A stretch of 64,000 nucleotides of DNA, from positions 85,486 through 149,485 of the forward strand of contig CAVZIS010000007.1 of the NCBI GenBank assembly GCA_963775345.1, written 5' to 3'. This DNA is from Vicinamibacterales bacterium (GTDB taxonomy: Bacteria > Acidobacteriota > Vicinamibacteria > Vicinamibacterales > JAMQPK01). Each line of letters starts with the position of its first letter. Position 1 is the stretch's first letter. Below are positions 10,545 through 21,698 of this stretch, piece after piece. The translations under genes were made by a program, and so were the position numbers. The notes below the pieces were generated by a model. That model had not been told where the DNA came from and did not search any database. It saw only the letters and a program-made list of their open reading frames with translations.

Positions 10545-12050
10545 TTCAGCGGCGCGCCGGTCTGGCATCAGCGTGCCGCTGTTCTCGCTGCGCTCGAGCC
10601 GGAGCTGGGGCATCGGCGAGATCGGCGACATTCCCGCCGTCGCCTCGTGGCTTCGATCCGCGCAGTCAATCGGTGCTTCAGATTCTTCCGCTGAACGAGC
10701 TTGCGCCCGGCGAAGCGTCCCCGTATTCGGCATTGAGCGCGATGGCCATCGATCCCCAGTTCATCAGCATCTGGATGCTGGAGAACACGATGAGCGTTCG
10801 AGCGAGCACTGGGCCGACGATCTCGAGATCGTCGAAGGATTACCTCGCATCGACTACCAAAAAGTTCGAGCGCTCAAGACACCGCGCGTTGAAGAGCCGC
10901 CTTCGAACGGTTCTTCGAGACCGAATGGCTCGCCGAGACTCGAGCAGGCCGCATCGTTTCGAGTCTTATGCCGCGCGCGAGGCGTGGTGGCTCGATGAGT
11001 ACAGTCTGTATCGAGCGCTGCGGTCGGAATCGGGGGAGCGCCCTGGACCGAATGGCCCGCCGATGTCCGCGATCGTGATGCGTCGGCGCTGGCGCAGGCG
11101 CGCGAGCGACTTGTCGATGGAGATTCTGTATTTCAAGTACGTGCAGTGGATCGCCGACACGCAGTGGCAGACCGTGCGGCGCAGACTAGAAGGCAGTCGA
11201 GATTCTCGGCGATTTTCCGTTCATGGTGACGCTCGATTCCGCCGACGTCTGGAGCCGCAGGCAGGACTTCATCCTCGACGCGTCAGTCGGGACGCCGCCG
11301 GATGCGTTCAGCGAGACGGGACAGGAATGGGGGTTGCCACCGTACAACTGGGACGCAGGCGCGAAAGAACGATTACGCAATGGCTTGCGGATCGCGTGCG
11401 CGCCGGTTTGCGGATCTCTACGACGGGTTTCGCGTCGATCATCTCGTCGGCTTCTATCGCACCTACGTGCGTCCGCTCGACGGCCGCGCGCCGTACTTCC
11501 TGCCGGCCGACGAACAGGAACAGCGCGATGCTCGGCGAGACGGTCATGCGGATCATGATCGAGACGGGCGCGGACGTCAGCGTGGAGGATCTCGGCACCG
11601 TGCCGGATTTCGTTCGCGCGTCGATCGCCCGGCTCGGTCTGCCCGGATACAAGGTGCTTCGTTGGGAGCCTGGCGATCCGAAGGTCTATCCGCCGAATTC
11701 AGTGGCGATGACCGGGACTCACGACACCGAGCCACTGGCGGTCTGGTGGGAATCGCTTTCACCGCCACGAGCGGCGACGATTCGGGTTCGACTCGCCAGT
11801 GTTCAACGCGGCCATCCGCGACGCCGTGCTGCGAATCATGTTCGACGCGGGATCGAACCTTGTGCTGCTGCCGATCCAGGACGTCTTCGGATGGCGCGAT
11901 CGCATCAATCAGCCCGCGACTATCAACGACACCAACTGGACGTATGTGCTTCCGTGGCCGGTTGACGAGATGCTGGCGCAGCCCGAGGCGCGCGAACGCG
12001 CCGTCCGGCTTGCGGAATGGAGCGCCTCGAGCGGGCGTGCGAGCCTCTGA
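10541..12050 (+). CDS. malQ: 4-alpha-glucanotransferase (amylomaltase, GH77); multiple frame breaks
   Basis: GISVPLFSLRSSRSWGIGEIGD, LQILPLNE..SPYSALSAMAIDP, YFKYVQW, FRVDHLVGFYR, EDLGTVPDFV, GTHDTEP, NQPATINDTNWTY. Confidence 0.8.
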
Positions 12051-12145
12051 TCCGAACACGAAGATCCACGGAACCGAAGATCACGAAACACGAAGATCCA
12101 CGAAGAGCACGATCCACGAGAACACGGCCCACGAAGAGAAAGAAG
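12051..12145. repeat. degenerate tandem repeat, CACGAAG class (about 9 units, period 7-10 nt)
   Basis: cacgaagatc cacggaaccgaagat cacgaaa cacgaagatc cacgaagag cacgatc cacgagaa cacggcc cacgaagag. It lies between the malQ stop and the DUF1015 start. No inverted partner arm is seen. Confidence 0.7.
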
Positions 12146-12171
12146 CCTGTAGATATAATTGAAGGTTCGAG

Positions 12172-13392
12172 ATGGCTGCCATCCGACCCTTCCGTGCGGT
12201 TCGCCCCGCTCGCTCCGGCGGCGCCGCGTGTTGCGGCCGTTCCCTACGATGTCGTTGATACGGAGGAAGCGCGAGCGCTGGCGGCGGGGAATCCGCTGAG
12301 CTTTCTTCACGTTTCCAGAGCCGAGATCGACCTCCCGATGGCACTCGATCCTCACGATGACCTCGTCTATCGCACGGCCGCCGAGCGATATCGCATCGCT
12401 GAAGCGAGAGGCGCCATTCGTTCAGGAGCAGGAGCCGTCGCTCTATCTGTATCACCTCGATTTTGACGGGCATGGACAGACGGGCTTGGCCGCGTGCTAT
12501 TCGCTCGACGAGTACGACACCAACCGTCATCAAAAAGCACGAGCGGACGCGCAAGGACAAGGAAGACGATCGGACGCGCCACATGCTCGAGCTGCGCGCG
12601 CAAACGGGTCCGGTGTTCCTGACCTACCGGCCGAAACGCGCAGATCGACGAGATTGCCAAACGAGTGCGGTTCAGCAGCTGAGCCGCTCTTCGACTTCGA
12701 AGCGCTCGACGGGGTGCGCCACGCGATCTGGCGCGTCGATTCGTCCGATGTGGCCGGCGCTCGTGCCGGGCGTTCTCATCGGTCGAGTCCCTCTACATCG
12801 CTGACGGCCATCACCGAGCGGCCAGCGCGGCGCGCGCGCGCGACGGTGTTCGTGATTCGATCGAGGCAAGCTACTTCCTGGCGGTGGCGTTTCCCTCGGA
12901 CCAGGTCCGGATTCTTCCGTACAACCGCGTCGTTCGCGACCTCAATGGCATGACGCCGGAGCACTTTCTGGGCGAGGTCGCACGCCATTTCACGATGACG
13001 TCCGGCACGCCGAGCCCCGAGCGAGAAAGGTCAGGTCTCGATGTATGTGGCCGGCAAATGGTACTCGGTCGATCTCGAGACCGGTGGGCTTCCCGGTCCG
13101 GGCGTCATCGACGCTCTCGATTGCAACGTTCTTCAGGAGCGCCTGCTGCGGCCGATTCTCGGAATTCAGGATGTGCGAACCGACACGCGCATTCGATTTC
13201 GTTGGAGGCGCCAAGGGGACGCATACGCTCGAACAGATGGTCGACAGCGGCAGAGCCGCCGTCGCATTTTCCATGTATCCGGTCAGCGTCGTCGAGTTGA
13301 TGGAGGTGTCGGATGCCGGCGAGATCATGCCGCCGAAATCGACGTGGTTCGAGCCAAAACTTCGCGATGGATTGCTGATTCATGAAATCTGA
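12172..13392 (+). CDS. DUF1015 family protein; multiple frame breaks
   Basis: [71 protein letters not shown]. It lies next to serC, as is common for this family. Confidence 0.75.
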
Positions 13393-14475
13393 GCGCATTT
13401 TCAATTTCTCGGCCGGTCCCGCCGTGCTGCCTGTGCCGGTGCTCGCAAAGGCTCAAAACGAGCTGATGGCGTCTGCCCGGGCGTCGGCATGTCGATTCTC
13501 GAGATCAGCCATCGCTCGAAGGTATTCGAAGGACGTTCTCGCGCGGGCCGAGGCGGACGTCCGGAAACTTGCGAACGTGCCTTCGAACTACCGCGTGTTG
13601 TTTCTCCAGGGAGGCGCGAGCCTGCAGTTCGCGATGGTGCCGATGAACCTGCTTCCGCCGGAGGCCACGGCGGACTACGTCGTGACCGGCGTCTGGGCGA
13701 CCAAGGCCGCCGAAGAGGCGAGAAAGATCGGCAAAGTCCACATCGCCGCAACGACGAAGGCGGAGCAGTTTGCGCGCGTGCCTCGCGCCGAAGAAATCGT
13801 CCTGACCCCCGGCGCCGCCTACGTGCACATGACGTCGAACAACACGATCTACGGCACCGAGTGGAAGGACCTGCCCGATGTCGGCGATCTCCCGCTCGTC
13901 AGCGACACGTCATCTGACATGTTCAGCCGTCCCATAGACGTGTCGAAGCACGCGCTCATCTACGCCGGCGCGCAGAAAGAATATGGGACCGGCGGGCGTG
14001 ACGGTTGTCATCATCCGCGACGATCTGCTGGCGCGATCGCCAGCCTCGCTTCCCGCGACGTTGAGCTACGCGGTCCAGGCCGAGAACGGCTCGATGTACA
14101 ACACGCCGCCGGTGTTCGCGATTTACATGCTGGGCCTGGTGACGCAGTGGCTGATCGAGCAGGGGCGGCCTCGAAGCGGTCGCGAAAATCAACCAGCGAA
14201 AGGCGGCAAAGCTGTACGCGGAGATCGACAGGACCGGGTTTTATCGCGGCACCGCGCAGAAGGACAGCCGTTCGCTGATGAACGTCACGTTTCGCCTGGC
14301 GAGCGAAGATCTGGAGAAGCAGTTCATCAAACAGGCGGAGCAAGCCGGCCTCGATGGGTTGAAAGGACATCGATCGGTCGGAGGAATCCGCGCGTCGATC
14401 TACAACGCGTTCCCGGAAGAGGGCGTGGATGCGCTGGTCGAATTCATGAGGGAGTTCGAACGGCGCAACGGCTGA
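13382..14475 (+). CDS. serC: phosphoserine aminotransferase; about 4 frame breaks
   Basis: [63 protein letters not shown]. The start overlaps the DUF1015 end by 11 nt. Confidence 0.85.
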
Positions 14476-14476
14476 T

Positions 14477-15229
14477 GTGTTAGGCTGTCGCGTGCTCCGG
14501 CAGCTGTTCTGGTGCCTGCTGCATCTCCGCGCTCGTTACGCAGGCCGCCGTCTTCAGTACAACCATCTTCCTTCATCGCAGCGTCACGCACAAAGCTCTC
14601 GAGCTGCATCCGGTCGTCGCCTTCGTGTTCCGGTTCTGTCTGTGGATTACGACCGGTCTCTGCACGAAGGAGTGGGTCGCGGTGCATCGCAAGCATCATG
14701 CGTTTACCGAGATCGAAGGCGATCCTCACAGTCCGCATCTGCACGGGTTCTGGTCGGTTCAGCTCGGGAATGTGTTTCACTACCTCAAGGAGGCACGCAA
14801 TCCCGAGACGCTCGAACGCTATGCGCGCGATATCGAGGAGGACGTGTTCGACCGTTATGCGTTTCGCTTCGGGCTGGTCGGCCCGGTGCTGGGCATTCTC
14901 GCGCTGTGTTACGTGCTCGGCGTCTGGTGGGGGCTCCTGGCGGCGGCGCATCCATCTCTTCATGTACGTGTTCGTGCTGTCGTCCTCGATCAACGGGTTG
15001 TGCCACTACTTTGGGTACAGAAACTTCGACAACACCGCAACCAATATCAGATTCGTCGCACTGCTGACCGGCGGCGAAGGCCTTCACAACAACCATCACG
15101 GTCATCCGCGAAGCCCGAAGTTCAGCTTCCGTCCGAACGAGATCGATCCGTCCTGGCCGCGTGATCAGGCTTCTGATCGCGATGAGGCTCGCGCATCCTT
15201 ACAAAACCATCGACGACATGCGGACGTAG
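14477..15229 (+). CDS. membrane acyl-CoA/fatty-acid desaturase (di-iron, His-box type); about 3 frame breaks
   Basis: His boxes HRSVTH, HRKHH and HNNHH with hydrophobic segments between them. The GTG start is at 14477 or 14492. The reconstructed end is ...[15 protein letters not shown] at 15227-15229. Confidence 0.75.
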
Positions 15230-15251
15230 GCGCTGGCGCCATGCGTCACTG

Positions 15252-16542
15252 CTAACGATCCATTCCAGGCGCTGGATAGCGCCTTCTTCTGCGCCGCCGC
15301 CTTCGCCGGCGCGGTGAGACTTCTCCCGGTCTGCGCCATCGCGTCGGGCATCTGTTCGGCAACAGTGCCTGCAGTTCGCGCCACGACTCGACGAGGTCCG
15401 GAGCGTTGCCGTGGAGCTCGAGCCACGTCAGGGCGGCAGGAAAGGCACTGCGATGAAGGATCGCGCGCTTGTGCCGTGGCAGACGCGTTTCGGTCGCGCA
15501 GGTGCCGCTGCAAGCATCAGGATCTGCCGCAAGATACTCGACGTCCCGGCGCGCGAGCGGGAGTATGCCAAAGCGCGCGCCCAGTTCCTTGGTGCGGCCG
15601 TGGTGCTGATCGAGAAGGCCCGAGCGGAATCAGCAGCGAGCCGAGCAGAATCGCGTTTCCAAGCGCTTCGGGATTGCGCTTGAACGCACGGCGGTAGCTG
15701 TCGATCGCCGCGAGCGACTGCCAGAACGTCGGTGAGATCCGCCCGGGCACTTCCGGTGCGATTGCCGCGAGCAGTCCCGTATCGACGAGCATGTGGAACG
15801 CCTTCTCCGCGAAGCCGGCCCGAAGCACCTTGTAGATTTCTTCCATCAGGCGCGCCGGGGCGCTGCGCGCCAGTTCACCGTGGTAGCGCTCGATCGCTCG
15901 CAGAATCGGCGCGTCGATCGCGAAGTCGAGCCGGGCCGCCAGGGAGACGGCGCGCAACATCCGGACCGGGTCTTCCTGAAAGCGGTCCTCCGGCACGCCG
16001 ATGCAGCGAATAACACCGGCGCGAATGTCTTCGAGGCCGCCGACGTAATCGATGATCGAGCGCGTCTCGATATCGTAGAACAGCGCGTTCAGCGTGAAGT
16101 CGCGGCGGAACGCATCCTCTTCTGGTGTTCCGAACGTGTTGTCGTGATGAATGAGGAGATCGGGATCGTCAACCGCTTCGCCCGGCGGCGTCGGCACAGG
16201 CGGGACGACGACCGGCTCTTCTTCGGTTCCGGCCGGAATCTGGCGGCGGAACGTCGCGACCTCGATGATCTTCGGCCCGAATTTCACATGCGCGAGACGA
16301 AAGCGCCGGCCGATGATCCAGCAGTTCCGAAACAGCCGCTTCACCTGATACGGATGTGCCGACGTGCCGATGTCGAAATCCTTCGGCGTGCGGCCGAGGA
16401 GAAGATCGCGCACGCTGCCGCCGACGAGATACGCGATGTGGTTGAACTGCCGGAGTCTGTAGAGAACCTTGAGAGCGTCGGCGTCGATGTGCTGGCGTGA
16501 GATCGGATGATCGCTGCGCGGGATGATGACGGGCGAGGACAT
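15252..16542 (-). CDS. pcnB: poly(A) polymerase / CCA-adding nucleotidyltransferase family (PcnB-like); C-terminal part frame-shifted
   Basis: MSSPVIIPRSDHPISR..., YLVGGSVRDLLLG..DFDI (nucleotidyltransferase motifs), RDFTLNALFYD and an Arg-rich tail. The 3' end is approximate. Confidence 0.75.
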
Positions 16543-16543
16543 C

Positions 16544-19298
16544 TCAGTGACTAGGGCAATGAGGCAGCGAGACGTTTGCGTCTCGCCAATTTGGGCCGAT
16601 CCCCACGTCAACCGTTAACGGCACCGGACAGCGAGGCGGCACCTTCCATGGCTTGCCGCACCTGATCGGCGACGTCACCTGCATATTCCTCCCGGCTCTC
16701 GATGAGCAGCTCGTCATGAACCGTGAGAATCATCCTTGCGCGCTCTGCCCTCTGCCCTCCCCCCCTGCCCTCTGCACCTGTCGGAATTCAGCGCCTCGTG
16801 AACCCTGAGCATCGCGCGCTTGAGGATGTCGGCGGCGGTTCCCTGAATCGGAAAGTTCACCGTCATGCGCTCGGCGCCCTGGCGGATCTGGTGTGTTCCG
16901 GCTGTTCAGCTCCGGCACCATGCGGCGGCGCCCGAACATCGTTTCGACGAAGCCCCTGCGTCCGCGCCTGCTCGATCGTGCGATCGATGAACTGGCGCAC
17001 GCGCGGGAAGCCGCCGAAATACGCGTCGATGAACTCCTGGGCGGCGCCTGGCGTGACACCGATGTCGCGCGCGAGCGTAAACGCCGTTTTGCCGTACAGC
17101 AGGGCGTAGTTGATGATCTTCGCCCGCCGCCTCAGTTCGTGCTTGTCGAGGCCGCTGTCGGGCCGAAAACCTTGAGCGCCGTCCGATCGTGGATGTCCTC
17201 GCCTCGACGGAACGCGTCGACGAGGGCCTCTTCCTCGGCGAGATGCGCGAGCACGCGCAGCTCAATCTGCGAGTAGTCGGCCGAGATCAGCACATAGCCG
17301 GGATCGGCAATGAACGCTCGCCGAATCTCGCGGCCCAGATCGGTACGGATCGGAATGTTCTGCAGATTCGGATCGCTGCTGCTGAGACGTCCGGTGGCTG
17401 CCACCGCCTGATTGAAGGAGGTATGCACGCGTGCGGTGCGCGAGTGAACCAGCTGCGGCAGGGCGTCGATGTAGGTGCCCTTCAGCTTCTGCAGCGCACG
17501 CCACTCGAGAATCAGCTTCGGCAGCTCGTGCGTGAGCGCAAGCTCCTCGAGCACTTCGACGGCGGTCGACGCGACCCGCGTCTTGCCCGTGCGCTTGGCC
17601 GTCGGAAGTTGCAGCTTGTCGAACAGAATCACCGAGAGCTGCTTCGGCGAGTTGATGTTGAACTCTTCTCCGGCCAGCTCGAAAATGCGCGCGCTCCGTG
17701 GACGCCAGCTCAGCCTCGATCCGCTGCGATTGGCTGGCAAGGGCGGGCTGGTCGATTCGAATGCCATGCCGCTCGATATCCGCCAGCACCGGCACGAGCG
17801 GGAGCTCCAGATCGCGGTAGAGCGGCTCGAGACCGTGTTCTCGCAGGCGAGCGCGAGTTTGTCGGCGAGTTGCCACGCGAGATCTGCTCGCTCGCCCGCG
17901 AAATTCAGAATAGCTGCGGCGGGAAGATGGGGCAGAGCAATCGTCTTCTGCCCGGTACCGCACACGTCTTCCTGTGTCAGCGCCTTGTAGCCCAGATGCT
18001 CGAGCGCGACTTCTTCGATCGTATGGCCCGAGCGCGTCGCATCGACGACATAGCTGGCGAGCATGGTGTCGAACTCGAGGCCGTTCAGGTTGATGCCTTC
18101 GTGCGACAGCATCATCAGATCGAATTTCAGATCGTGCCCGATCTTCCTGACGAGCCGGATTTTCGAGAACGCGCTTCAAGCGCGGCGAGCCCGGCCTTTC
18201 CCGTGATCGCCGAAGGCTCGTCGAGCGCGGTATGTCCCACCGGCAGGTAGCGGGCTCGCCCCGCCGCCGTCGAAAACGAGATACCGACGAGCGACGCGTG
18301 CATGCCGCCAGGGCAGTCGCCGATGACGCTCAACGCGAATCGTCCGGCACTCTCCAGCTCCGATACCAGCGCAGCAAGGTCCGCCTCGGTCGCCACGATC
18401 TTGTAGTCGGCATCGACCGTGTCCGCGGTCGGCGCGTACTCGGTCACGAGCGTGCGGAATCCGAGCAGGGAGAAGAGCTCGAAGCACTTCTGCCGATTCG
18501 GGCCCCGATAGTCGAAACAGGACATGTCGACATCGGGCAGCGGCACATCGGTGCGGATTCGCAGCAGCAGTCCGGCTCTCGCGCGCAGAGTCTGCGTTGC
18601 GCGAGCAACGCTTCGCGATATTTCTTCTGCGTGAGCGAGCCGGCATTCTCGAGCAGCTCGTCGAGCGACCCGTGGGTCGCAGATCAAATCGCGCGCGCCT
18701 TTTTCGCCGATGCCAGGCACACCCTTGATGTTGTCGATGGTGTCGCCCATCAGCGCGAGCACGTCGATGGCCTGCTCCGGAGTGACGCCAAGTTTCTCCT
18801 TCACGCCGGCCGCGTCGTACCACGCGCCTTCATCGCGCGGATTGAACACGCGGATTCCCGTCTCGTCGTTAACGAGCTGAAAGAAATCCTTGTCGCCGGT
18901 TACGATCGCGACCGGGCGCCCTTCGGCCGCGCTCCGCGACGGCCAGCGTGCCGATCACATCGTCGGCTTCGAAGCCCGCGAAGGTCAGCACCTGCACGCC
19001 GAGTGCTTCGCACGCCTGATGCACGAGCGCGATCTGCTCGGCCAGATCCGACGGCATCGGTGCGCGGTTCGCCTTGTAGTCGTCGCGCATCTCCGATCGG
19101 AACGTCGGCCCGCGGAGATCGAAGGCCGCTGCGATGCACTGCGGGTTTGTGATCGTTGATGAGCTTCCGCAGCATCGTCACGAAGCCGTAGATGGCGTTG
19201 GTCGATCGGCCATCAGGCGCAGTCAGACCCCGAATCGCGTGGTAGGCGCGATACATCTGGTTGCTGCCGTCGATGAGAAACAGTGTGGGTTTGGACAA
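16544..19298 (-). CDS. polA: DNA polymerase I; heavily frame-broken (about 10 breaks)
   Basis: TTG start with MSKPTLFLIDGSNQMYRAYHA (5'-nuclease domain). Motif A is DYSQIELRVLAHL, motif B is RRAKIINYALLYG and motif C is MILTVHDELL. The C-terminus is VDVGIGPNWRDA. Confidence 0.9.
16741..16777. repeat. intragenic heptamer tract (CTCTGCC class) inside polA; G4 motif on the coding strand
   Basis: ctctgcc ctctgcc ctccccc cctgccc tctgcac. C-runs at 16748-50, 16755-57, 16759-65 and 16768-70. The tract encodes a Gly/Arg-rich insert just before motif C, and a frame break maps to or next to the C7 run. Confidence 0.7.
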
Positions 19299-19343
19299 AG
19301 TTAGCTGGTAGCCGGTAGCTCGTAGCTGGTAGCTGGAAGCTAT
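19299..19343. repeat. heptamer tract nnGTAGC x6 directly upstream of the polA start
   Basis: agttagc tggtagc cggtagc tcgtagc tggtagc tggaagc. TAG occurs every 7 nt (19302, 19309, 19316, 19323, 19330), so it falls in all three frames. The inverse unit GCTACnn occurs at 43141-43175. Confidence 0.75.
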
Positions 19344-19368
19344 CTAAGTGAGTATATCATTTGGGGTT

Positions 19369-20254
19369 ATGGCTTTCGGGCGGCGGTCGCCGTGCGTGAT
19401 GCTGATCGTGCTGATGTCGTCGGCATGTCAGAAGCTCGGCCTTGCCACGGAGTACGAGTACGACGAACGCGTCGAATTGTCGCTGGACGGGTCGGCGGTC
19501 GTCGACATCAATGCGTCCGTGCCGGCGTTGGTAGCGCTGCGCGGTGCGACACTGGACGTCGATCCCGAGGCGCGGTTCGATCGACAGGCGTTCCGGCGAG
19601 CTCTATGAAGGGCCGGGCGTCGTCGGTCCGCGAGGTCAGCACGTATCGTCGGCACGGGCGCCGGTTTGTTCACATCAGGCTCGACGTCGCGGACATCGCA
19701 CGGCTGCCGCGTCTCGCGCCGCTTTCATGGTCGCGTTACACGGCTGGATCGCCTTGAGAACGAGTTTCGGTTCGTGCAGGAGGTCGGGCTCTGCCGCCCA
19801 GCTTCCGATCGGCGATGTTGGATGGACAGGCGAGGAGCTCATCGCGTTCAGGGTGCATTTGCCGAGCAGGATTACCTTTCACAATGCGCCGCGACTGGAG
19901 CGGGGCAACATCCTCGCCTGGGAACAGCCACTTCGCGATCGCCTGGCCGGCAGACCGATGCGCATGGAAGCGCGGATGGAAACGCAGTCGATTCTCTACC
20001 GCACGCTCTGGCTGTTCGGCGGCACATTCGCCGCGGCGATGGGCGTGCTCGCCCTTATCATCTGGTGGGTAGGTCGAAAGCCGCGAGCGGCCGCCTCCGC
20101 CAAGGCTACGGCGAGCCACGCCGAAGCGCAGCGAAGGCGGAGCGCGGGGCGAGCGGGGTCCCCAACGCGGCAGCCGACAAGTTCAGGGCGTGCCGGCAAG
20201 GTCGGGGCTCCGCAAGCGAGCGGCGAGGAGCGGGTGTTGGGGCCCCGCGACTAA
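19369..20254 (+). CDS. hypothetical lipoprotein-like protein with C-terminal TM segment; about 2 frame breaks, 3' end uncertain
   Basis: MAFGRRSPCVMLIVLMSSAC (lipobox-like), then ...VELSLDGSAVVDINASVPALVALRG..., and later ILYRTLWLFGGTFAAAMGVLALIIWWVGRK. The as-sequenced ORF tail runs through the 20148-20250 repeat. Confidence 0.4.
20148..20250. repeat. inverted pair of GCGGGG(T/C)CCCCAAC elements (REP-like)
   Basis: gcgagcggggtccccaacgcgg (about 20148-20170) and gagcgggtgttggggccccgcgac (about 20228-20250). The cores are reverse complements, and each contains a GGGGnCCCC palindrome. Confidence 0.5.
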
Positions 20255-20280
20255 GAAAGGGAAGGAGCGTGGTTCCCGCA

Positions 20281-20880
20281 TGAGTTCATCGTTCGGCACC
20301 AAACCGGCGGTGTTGCGCTGCAGTCGCTGCGGGACGTTCGTCGATTGGGCTGAGGCGCGGGCGCAGGTCGTCTGCGAGTGCCGGCCGCGCATCGAGCTGC
20401 CGCCGGTGCTCGTGCGCGAGGCCGCCGATGTCGATCGCGCGGGCGCCCTCGAACTGTTCCGCCGCGACTTCGGGCGAAGCGGATCGTCGCGTTCGGCCAG
20501 CTGATGGATCTCGACGCGGCTCCGACGATCGTTGCCGAAATGAACGGTGAAATAGGTGGCGCGCTCGCTTACCGCCTGGTCGACGCGGGCCTTCACATCG
20601 TCGCGCTCGCAACCGATCCGATGTGGCAGCGATCGGGCGTCGGCGGGCATCTCGTCGCCGAAGCGGAGCTCCTGGCCAGGCGCCTCCACATCCCGAAAGT
20701 GATCGTCACGATGACCAACGACAACCTGCCGGCGCTCTATTTCTACCAGCGCCGCGGATACTACGTCACCGAATGGATCCCGAACGGCGCCGCTCAGCAC
20801 GCGAAGAGCGCGGGCCTGCAGGGCTTCGGAGGAATTCCGATTCGAGATGAAGTGAGGTTGGAGAAAACGCTCGCTAGAAC
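20281..20880 (+). CDS. GNAT family N-acetyltransferase with N-terminal Cys4 zinc-ribbon; one frame break, 3' end uncertain
   Basis: LRCSRCGTFVDW...VCEC is followed by ...LATDPMWQRSGVGGHLVAEAELLARR (acetyl-CoA motif) and YFYQRRGY. A GGAAGGAG Shine-Dalgarno precedes ATG 20281. No in-frame stop occurs before the convergent gene. Confidence 0.6.
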
Positions 20881-20931
20881 AGGAGATCGAGTCAGGAGTT
20901 TCTTGAAATATTTCTCCTGGTCCCTGTCAGA

Positions 20932-21698
20932 TTATTTCGGCGCCATCCGAATCGCCCCATCCAGCCGGATGACTTCGCCGTTCAGCATTTCGTTTTCGAT
21001 GATGTGCTTGACCAGCGCGGCGTATTCGGCAGGCCGGCCGAGACGCGGAGGGAAGGGCACCTGCTGTGCGAGGCTGTCGCGCGCGGCTTGTGGAAGGCTC
21101 GCCATCAACGGCGTGTCGAAGATGCCTGGCGCGATGGTCATCACTCTGATGCCGTAGCGCGCGAGCTCGCGCGCAATCGGCAAGGTCATGCCGACGATCC
21201 CGCCCTTTGACGCCGAATACGCGGCCTGGCCAATCTGCCCGTCAAATGCCGAGACCGACGCGGTGTTGATGATCACGCCTCGTTCGCCGCTCGACGCCGG
21301 TTCGCTGGCCGCCATGATCGCCGAAGCCAGGCGAATCACGTTGAACGTTCCGCCGAGATTGATGCCGACAATGCGCATGAACGCATCGAGCGCATGCGGG
21401 CCGTTCTTTCCCAGCACTTTCTCGGCGAGGACGACGCCGGCGGCATTGACGACCCCGCGCAGCGTTCCCAGCTCCGCGGCGATGGCCAGTCCGTTCTGAA
21501 CGCTTCGCTCGTCGGTGACATCAACGCAGGGCAAAGCGCGCGTTCGAGCCAAGCTCGGCCGCGATTTGCATCGCCGGCTGCCTCATTGACGTCGGCAATG
21601 ACCACGCGCGCGCCGGAGGCGGCAAGCATCCGCGCCGTGGCGGCGCCCAGTCCGGACGCTCCACCGGTGACGAAGAAGACGCTATCGGTGAGTTGCAA
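20932..21698 (-). CDS. SDR family 3-hydroxyacyl-CoA dehydrogenase-like oxidoreductase; one frame break near 21545
   Basis: [14 protein letters not shown] (TGxxxGxG), [23 protein letters not shown] (YxxxK), [14 protein letters not shown]. Confidence 0.8.

Noticed and set aside
12051-12145. Short tandem arrays (this one and the other heptamer tracts) as possible CRISPR arrays
   Set aside because: Units are 7-10 nt and contiguous, with no unique spacers, and no cas genes are present in the window.
20893-20919. CAGGAG...CTCCTG inverted repeat between the convergent GNAT and SDR genes as an intrinsic terminator
   Set aside because: The stem is only 6 bp with a 15-nt AT-rich loop and no U-tract. 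It is too weak to call, although it is the only symmetric element in that spacer.
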